A stretch of 64,000 bases of DNA from an uncultured Gemmatimonadota bacterium (GTDB taxonomy: Bacteria; GCA-2686955): the NCBI GenBank assembly GCA_964490075.1, contig CAZBBK010000001.1, positions 186,001 through 250,000 of the forward strand, in the 5' to 3' direction. Under the pieces are notes generated by a model. The model was given only the letters and a program-made list of their open reading frames with translations, searched no databases and had not been told where the DNA came from. Position 1 is the stretch's first letter. Every line of letters begins with the position of its first letter. A program made the translations under genes and the position numbers. Shown in pieces: positions 57,461 through 64,000 of the stretch.

Positions 57461-57552
57461 GGATTCCGGCTTTCGCCGGAATGACGAGGATGATGCGCTC
57501 TCCCGTCATTCCGGCCCGCTCTCTTCCGTCATTCCGGCGAAAGCCGGAATCC
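57461..57552. repeat. Inverted pair of REP-like 26-bp palindromic elements plus a partial copy
   Basis: GGATTCCGGCTTTCGCCGGAATGACG (57461-57486) is the exact reverse complement of CGTCATTCCGGCGAAAGCCGGAATCC (57527-57552); partial copy at 57504-57515. Confidence 0.8.
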
Positions 57553-57863
57553 AGTTCAGTCGAACACCAAACTCACGAAGTAGACCCAATCAGACTTCAA
57601 TCCAACCGTTCCCGGACAGGTCGCGGATCGCCATTCCGCCACTCGCCGACCTCGAGCGGCGGGCCGGGCAGGTCGGCATTGACGGTGCGCAAGGTGTCGT
57701 CGGGGCCCCAGACGATCAGGGCGTCGTCGAGGCGGCGGAGCTCGATCGTGGGACCGGTATCAGCGAGCACTAGCTGTCATGCTCCCACAGCAGTTACTGC
57801 CGTAAGGAGAAGAATCAGATGAACAAGTGATCGAACCAAACGCTGGTAGCTCAAAGCAACCTC

Positions 57864-58900
57864 CTATCCGGCGCCCCCTTTCAGGGCGCCCCATGTGGTT
57901 TCAGCGATCCCTGTTGGTGGTATGCGGCGATACTTCTGGACGCACTCCATCCAGGAGTCGCCTATGTAGACATGCCCCGAGTCGTCGAAGGCGATGCCCG
58001 CAATGCTCGATGTGTGCTGCCCTGGGCCGGTGCCCTCCTCGCCAAAGAGCGCAAGCAACTCAAAGCCAGGTGAGTATTATTCGACGTGATAGGCCCCTAG
58101 CACTCTAAGCACCGTGAGATTCCCCGCCTGGTCAGTCTCGATATTCCCTAAGCCGTAGCCCCCCGAATGGTCCTCGATCACGCCTCCAAGGATTTCGTAC
58201 TTGACGGGACCATAGTCGTGGACATAGGCGACGTTGCGGTTCAGGAGCGGATCCCATCCGAAGGCGATGTCGTTCGGGCTGCGGGTCTGACCCGCTAACA
58301 ACCAATGAGAAAAGAGTTCCCCATCCATCGTGAACACGAATACGCCCTGGTTGAGGTCCGTGACGTAGAGCAGACTATCGGGTCCTATCTCCAATCCCCT
58401 ACAAGTATCAAAATCATGGGGTCCACCCCCGCGCTGCCAGAACTCCTCGATGAACTCCCCGTCCGCCGTGTAGCGCTGGATTCGTGATGGATCCCAGTCC
58501 CACCAATCGGAGTCACTCACATAGACCTCCCCATTGGGCGCCACCTCCAGCCCCTGCACCGATGAGATCTCCCCCGGCCCCTCGCCCGGCGTGCCCCAGT
58601 AGTCCAGCAGCACGCCCGTGCTCGTAAAGCGTTGCACCCGCTTGCCAAAGCGCTCGCCCACATAGATCGTGCCGTCGGGGGCCACATCCAGGCAGGAGAG
58701 GGCGTTGAACTGCCCCGGTTCATCGCCCGGCTCGCCCCAGGAGAGCACGAACTCATACTGCTCCAGCTCCGTGCTGGAGCCCTGCGGGCCGCTCTCCGGG
58801 AGCGGTGGGGTGGTGGGCTCCGGGGTGCTGTGGCAAGCGGGGAGCAGTAGGGATGCCGCGATCGCGAAGGGGAGGGAGCACAAGCGTCCACCACCCTGTG
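57864..58900 (-). pseudogene. NHL-repeat beta-propeller lipoprotein with an in-frame TAA
   Basis: LLLPAC; repeats WGEPGDEPGQF, WGTPGEGPGEI, FGEEGTGPGQ. TAA 58077-58079 is followed in frame by YSPGFELL...TTWGALKG. The 5' end abuts the ISL3 remnant. Confidence 0.8.
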
Positions 58901-58910
58901 CGGCGGATCT

Positions 58911-59067
58911 TGCCCTGCTCCACGTGCACCGCAACTTCTCCCTCAGACAGGGAAAGCTCCACACGGCTAACCTCCCAAGGGCTCCTGATACCGAGAATCT
59001 GGGCATAAAGGTCTTTGTCTCTCATGGGAAATCAGCCTAATCTACCCACTCGATCAGGGGAAGAGCC
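58911..59067 (-). mobile_element. ISL3-family remnant: left end and first ~38 transposase codons
   Basis: End sequence GGCTCTTCCCCTGATCGAGTGGGTAG; MRDKDLYAQILGIRSPWEVSRVEL from ATG 59025. Confidence 0.8.
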
Positions 59068-59726
59068 ATATCTTCTATCGCAACCGCGGATCCGGCCTTT
59101 ACCAGTACTCTTCAGCCGAGATCGAGGCGTTCAACAACGCCATGATCGAGAACGGCATCTACGGGATCGAAAGCTACACCTACCTGGGCACCGCACGCAT
59201 TCAGTACAACGCTCTGGACGGCAATCTGGCCGGCGATAGCCATGGATTCGATCCGGACACCACCAACCTCTGGGGCGATCCCCTGTTCTTCGATCCTTCC
59301 CATCTCGACTTCCGTCTGCTGCCGGACTCCCCCTTGATCGACGCCGGCGACCCGGCGCACTTCGACCCCGACGGCACACGCAGCGATATCGGCATCGCCC
59401 CCTACGATCAATCGGCGAGTGCGATGCTCTACCTGAGCGCCGATCGAGAGCAGGCACGGCCCGGCGAGCTGGTGCTGCTGCGGGTCATGCTGGCGGACCA
59501 CGTCGACGCACCGAGAGCCTTCGAGATCGAGGATGCGGTCCGCACCCCCTCGGGCGAGGTGTTGCGACCGCATCGGCTCCAGGTGGTGCTGGAGGCCGGC
59601 GCCTCGGTGCTGCGCACGCTGGAGTGGCGCGTGCCCTTGGAGGCGCGGCCGGGGATCTACGAGGTCGGCGCACGCGCGGCGCCGGGCGTGACCGATCGCC
59701 TGGAGATCGAGGTGGTGGAGCGATGA
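59068..59726 (+). pseudogene. 3' remnant of a right-handed beta-helix protein, 5'-truncated by ISL3
   Basis: Frame open from the IS end (IFYRNRGSGLY...); DPLF...DFRLLPDSPLIDAG...DIG motif, then an Ig-like tail. Confidence 0.7.
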
Positions 59727-62700
59727 GATGCGGAGATGCTTGGATCATGGAGCTCGGGGTCGGTTTGCTGTTCCTGAAGCTCACGACCGCGGCCGCCGCG
59801 CCGATCGTCGTCCCTCGTGATGCCGCGACGATTCAGGAGGGGCTCGACCGCTCGGTGGCCGGCGACACCGTTCTGGTCCTGCCGGGGACTTATGGCGAGC
59901 AGATCGTATTTCCTGCCCACGATGTGTCGCTGATCGCCTTCAGAGGACCCGAGCAGACGCAGATCGACGGCCAGAACGCCGGCACCGCGGTGACGATCGA
60001 CCAGGGGGATCACCGAGGTTCGCTGCTGGGGGAGTTCACGGTGACCGGTGGAAACGCTTCCGACGGCGGCGGCATCCTGATCTCCGGCGCATCGCCCACC
60101 ATCCGTGGCAACACCATCGTGGGGAACTACAGCTCCGACGACGGAGGGGGGATCCTGGTCGTCGAGGGAGGGGTGCCGTGGATTGCCGGCAACCTGATCG
60201 AAGCGATCGAGTGTGGGCGCTATGGGGGCGGAATCCGCCTCGACAGGACCGGGCCGCAGTCGTTGGTAGAGGAGAACGAGATCATCGAGAACCGGTCCCA
60301 CTGGGGAGGAGGCGGCATCCAGGTCAACGTGTGCGACCAGGCGCTTCTGCGCCACAACCACATGCGAGGGAACTGGGCCGGCGGCAACCGCGGGGGCGTT
60401 TCGATCTCGAGCTGCGACGATGCCAGGATCGAAGGCGGATCGATTTCCTGGAACCGGGCGGACGGGCGCGGAGGGGGAGTCAAGATCTACTATGGCGAAG
60501 TCGAGCTGCACGACATCGACATCGTCGGGAACTACGCGAATTTCGACGGCGGCGGCGTCCACGTCTCGCATGACTATGGGTATGAGGAGATCGCCGTAAT
60601 CGTCGGCTGCATCGTCGCGGGTAACAGCGCATCTTCTCGGGGCGGAGGGATCTACAGAGAATACGGCGGCGGCGCCTTGGAACGCTGCACAGTGGCCGCG
60701 AACTCGTTGCGCGAGCCGGATGGCGAGGGGGCCGGAATCTACTGGTCCCGGCCCGAGTCCTCAGCTTCGATCCTCGGCGGCATCATCGCGAACAACGAGC
60801 CCGACGGTATCTACGGATACCGGTACTCTGGTCAGGCCGACATAGACCTCACGCGGAACTTGATGTGGGGACACTCCGGCAATCACTACGGCAACCTCCG
60901 CCCCGGCGCCTGGGACGTGATCGCTGATCCTCTGCCGCTCGCTCCCGACAGCCTCGACTGGCGTTTGCGCGCGGACTCCCGCGCCATCGATGCCGGGCTG
61001 AAGCAGTGGCAGGTGCCGGAAGGGGGAGGCAAGCTCGCCGACATCGGTGCCGACGAGGTGCCGATCCCGGATGGTGAGGCGGTCGGGGTGGTGCTCGATT
61101 CGGTGCCGAGCCCGGTTCCGGACGACACCGCGCTGAGGATCGCCGCGCGTGTCGTCAACCGCACCAGCCGTCCGCTCGAGGCGCGATTGCAGCTCGCGCT
61201 GACCGGTGTGGGCGGCGCGGCGGTGGCGCTCGACAGCCTGATCAGGGTGCCGCGTTTCGGCGGATCGACCGCCGCGGGCTGGGTCGAGATCGAGCCGGCG
61301 ATGCGGGCCGGCCCCGCCAGTGTGACCGCTCGCGTTCTGGTCGACCGCCCGAGCCCGGGTCCCGCCCTGCTCGCCGCCGACGCCCGCGCCCTCTCGATCG
61401 CCCACGTTGGCGACACTCTGCGGGTGCCGGGCGATGCCGCCACCATCGGCGAGGGGATCGCCCTCAGCCAGGATGGCGACCTGTTGCTGGTCGCGGCGGG
61501 AACCTGGTTGGAGCGTATCGACTTCGACGGCAAGGCGATCCACATCCTGGGCGCGGATGGCCCCCAGGCCTGCGTGATCGATGCCCAGGGCGACGGCACG
61601 GCGGTCGTGTTCCAGCGCTCGGAAGACAGCCTGAGCGTGCTGCAGGGATTCACTGTGACCGGAGGCTTCAGCGACTTACGGGACGATCTCGGGGGTGGAA
61701 TGCGCATCGCGAAGGGCTGCTCTCCCACCCTTCGCGAGATCTGGTTCGTCGCCAACGAGGCGGCGCGTTCGGGGGGCGGGGTGCGGGTCGGCGGAGGCTC
61801 TCCCCTCTTCGCGTGCTGTGTCTTCGACGGCAATATCGCGGGCGGCCTCGGCGGCGGCCTCGCCGTGGTCGACTCCACCGCGCATCCGCGTGTCCGCTCC
61901 TGCACCTTCTACGCCAACGTGGCGGGCGAAGGGGGTGCTCTCTCCCTCGCAATCGGCGACCTCACGCTCGAAGGAACATTGTTGCTCGCCAACAGCGCCT
62001 ACGGCGCAACCGCCGATTCGCCAAACCAAATCCTGCAAGGAGGCGGCAATGTCTACTGGGCGAATGAACCGGCACAGCGCGGGCCGGTGCTGATTCCCGC
62101 CAACCGGCTGCCCGGCGATCGCGACATCGATCCCTTGCTGCGCGACCCGGCGATCGGAGATTTCACGCCGCTGCCCGGCTCACCCTTGGTGAACGCCGGC
62201 CCCGCGATGCTCGACCCCGGGCCCGCCGGCGGGCCGCGCGCTGATGTCGGCGCCGTGGAGCTGCCTTATCCGCTGGTCGCGCCGATCGAAGTGTCGCTGG
62301 TCGGAGAGCTGCCGCCGCTGACCGGCGGCGAGCCCTTCGACTGGTCGTATCGGCTCATCAGCCGCGCCGACACCAGCGCCGGTTACGATGTCGTGCCGAG
62401 CATCATCGGCGACGGGTCGGCGTTGGTCGAGCTCGATACCGATCGCGCCACGCTGGATCCGGGCGACACACTGGATGTCGCGCGCAGCGATCTGTTGCCC
62501 GATCTGCTGCCGTCGGGAGACGCGCTGCTGCGCCTGCAAGTGCTCGACCGCGCCGGAGATCCGGCCGCGGCGGCGGTCGCCGAGGCCGACCTGCACCACA
62601 TCCCCCGCACGCTGCGCGTCCCCGAAGACCATCCGACCATCGGCGCCGCCATTGAAAAATCGCTTCACGCCGACACCGTCGAGATCGGTCCGGGCACCTG

Positions 62701-64000
62701 GAACGAGCTGCTGCGCCCGGCCGACCGGCGCATCGTGCTGTGATCCTCGGCCGGCGCGGAAGCGACAACGATCGACGGTGCCGGGGACGGGCCGGTGCTC
62801 TTGCTGAACGAGGGCCAGGATTCCACCATGGTGATCCAGGGCCTGACCTTCAGCGGTGGATACGCCGACGCCGGCGCCGGTCTGCTGCGGGGCGGCACCT
62901 CGCCGGTGCTGCGCGATCTGGTGGTGCAGGAGAACGTGGTGCCACTTCCCGCGCCCGACCCGGGCGGCGATCTCGGTGCCTCGACCTCGACCCGCGCCGA
63001 GGGCGTCGTGGGACATGGCGGCGGCATTCTGATCGCCCAGGGCACCCCTCGCATCGCCGACAGCGAGCTGCGCGACAACCGCGCCTCGATCGGCGGGGGT
63101 TTCTCGATCGTCGCCGGCATCGTGACTCTGGATCGCACCCGAGTCACTCGCAACAACGCATCGGTGGGTGGCGGCGGCATTCACGTTGGACATTCGGCGC
63201 GGCTGCTCTCGACCGAAGGGGCCGTGATCGACTTCAACGCGGTTCCCTGGCCGAGTCGGCTCTCCGGCGGTGAGGGACTCGATCTCCTCGCCGCGCCGCT
63301 CCCCGGTGCCGACGTTCGTCCCAATACCGGTGTGGCGCGACGCGCGGGAGGGATCTGGATCGAGGGCGACGCGGTCATGAGCGACGCGCTGGTTCACGCC
63401 AACCAGGCATTGATTCACGACGAGGCCGGAATCGGGGTGGGGGATGCCGCCTCTCTCTCACTCCATCGCTCCGAAGTGAGGGCCAATGGGGGCGACGGCA
63501 TCAGTGTGGAGTTCGGGGGCGCCTTGCTGCTGGATGGGGTTGCCGTCAGCGACAACACCGGGCACGGACTGCAAGGAAGTGGAGCGTTGGGCGTCGATCG
63601 ATGCTGGTTCCTTCGCAACGGCGGCGATGCGATTCACTCGGGCTCCGACAGCGACGCGGTCGTCGGCCGCACCAGCCTGGTGGCCAATCATGGTGCCGGT
63701 GTCTACGCCGCGGGCTATCGCGGCACTGTGCTCCTGACCTCGAACCTGATCGTCTCGAACGGCATTGGGGTCTCGGGCGGCTACGGACAAGATCTGGAAT
63801 CCCGCCACAACGACGTCTGGAGCAACGACGACGATTGGTACTGGTCCTACCCCGGCCCGACGGACATCTCCGTCGACCCGATCTTCCTCGACGAGGTGGC
63901 GGAGGACTACCGCATCGCCCCCTACTCTCCCCTGATCAACGCCGGCGATCCCGAGATCGCCCTCGATCCCGACTCCACGATCTGCGATATCGGCGCCGGC
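59723..64000 (+). CDS. Large secreted right-handed parallel beta-helix protein (three modules) with an in-frame TGA at 62741-62743; runs off the window
   Basis: Three VPxDxxTI starts, GGG(I/V) repeats, three DP...S..I/V(D/N)AG...D(I/V)GA ends. The frame stays open from 62744 to 64000 with matching sequence. Confidence 0.85.

Noticed and set aside
57461..57552. CRISPR array
   Set aside because: Repeats are inverted, only two full copies, with no regular spacers or cas genes.
57597..57770. 57-codon minus-strand ORF (VLADTGPTIELRRLDD...)
   Set aside because: Protein-like but short, with no recognisable motif; possibly a fragment and not supportable.
62741..62780. TGA in the beta-helix gene as a third selenocysteine
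   Set aside because: No redox motif, no Cys at the equivalent position of the other two modules, and only a 3-bp stem downstream.

Overview
This is a very GC-rich bacterial window, probably from an uncultured lineage. A C-terminal TTWGxLK motif and multi-module beta-helix proteins hint at Eisenbacteria/Krumholzibacteria-like organisms, but that is inference. About 57 kb is a large cell-envelope tailoring region. It holds two NodU/CmcH carbamoyltransferases with SxtJ-like and two SxtK/DUF5989-like microproteins, two tandem Cys-rich PP-loop (SGGKDS) enzymes and an IscS-TusA pair. It also holds four Thr-nucleophile alkaline-phosphatase/sulfatase-fold proteins, three GT-C-type membrane proteins and three SGNH-TPR proteins plus a truncated copy. 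Further genes are a FAAL-ACP-SGNH-MBOAT cassette, two more divergent MBOATs, two radical SAM enzymes, an arylsulfotransferase, two FGE-fold proteins and two cytochrome c'-like proteins. The strongest hidden signal is a pair of ~810-820 aa paralogous beta-propeller/Ig/thioredoxin-fold proteins that the ORF track splits at an in-frame TGA. Both read W-U-P-I-C (UxxC) and carry an identical SECIS-like hairpin, so they are very likely exported selenoproteins. A second lead is that the two microproteins end in F-I/L-Y-A-G-V, the same Tyr hexapeptide register as DltX and the AlgI tail. From ~42.5 kb onward there is decay: frameshifts, nonsense codons, an IS1595 element, and ISAs1 and ISL3 remnants that truncate neighbouring genes. 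No rRNA, tRNA or CRISPR array was seen.
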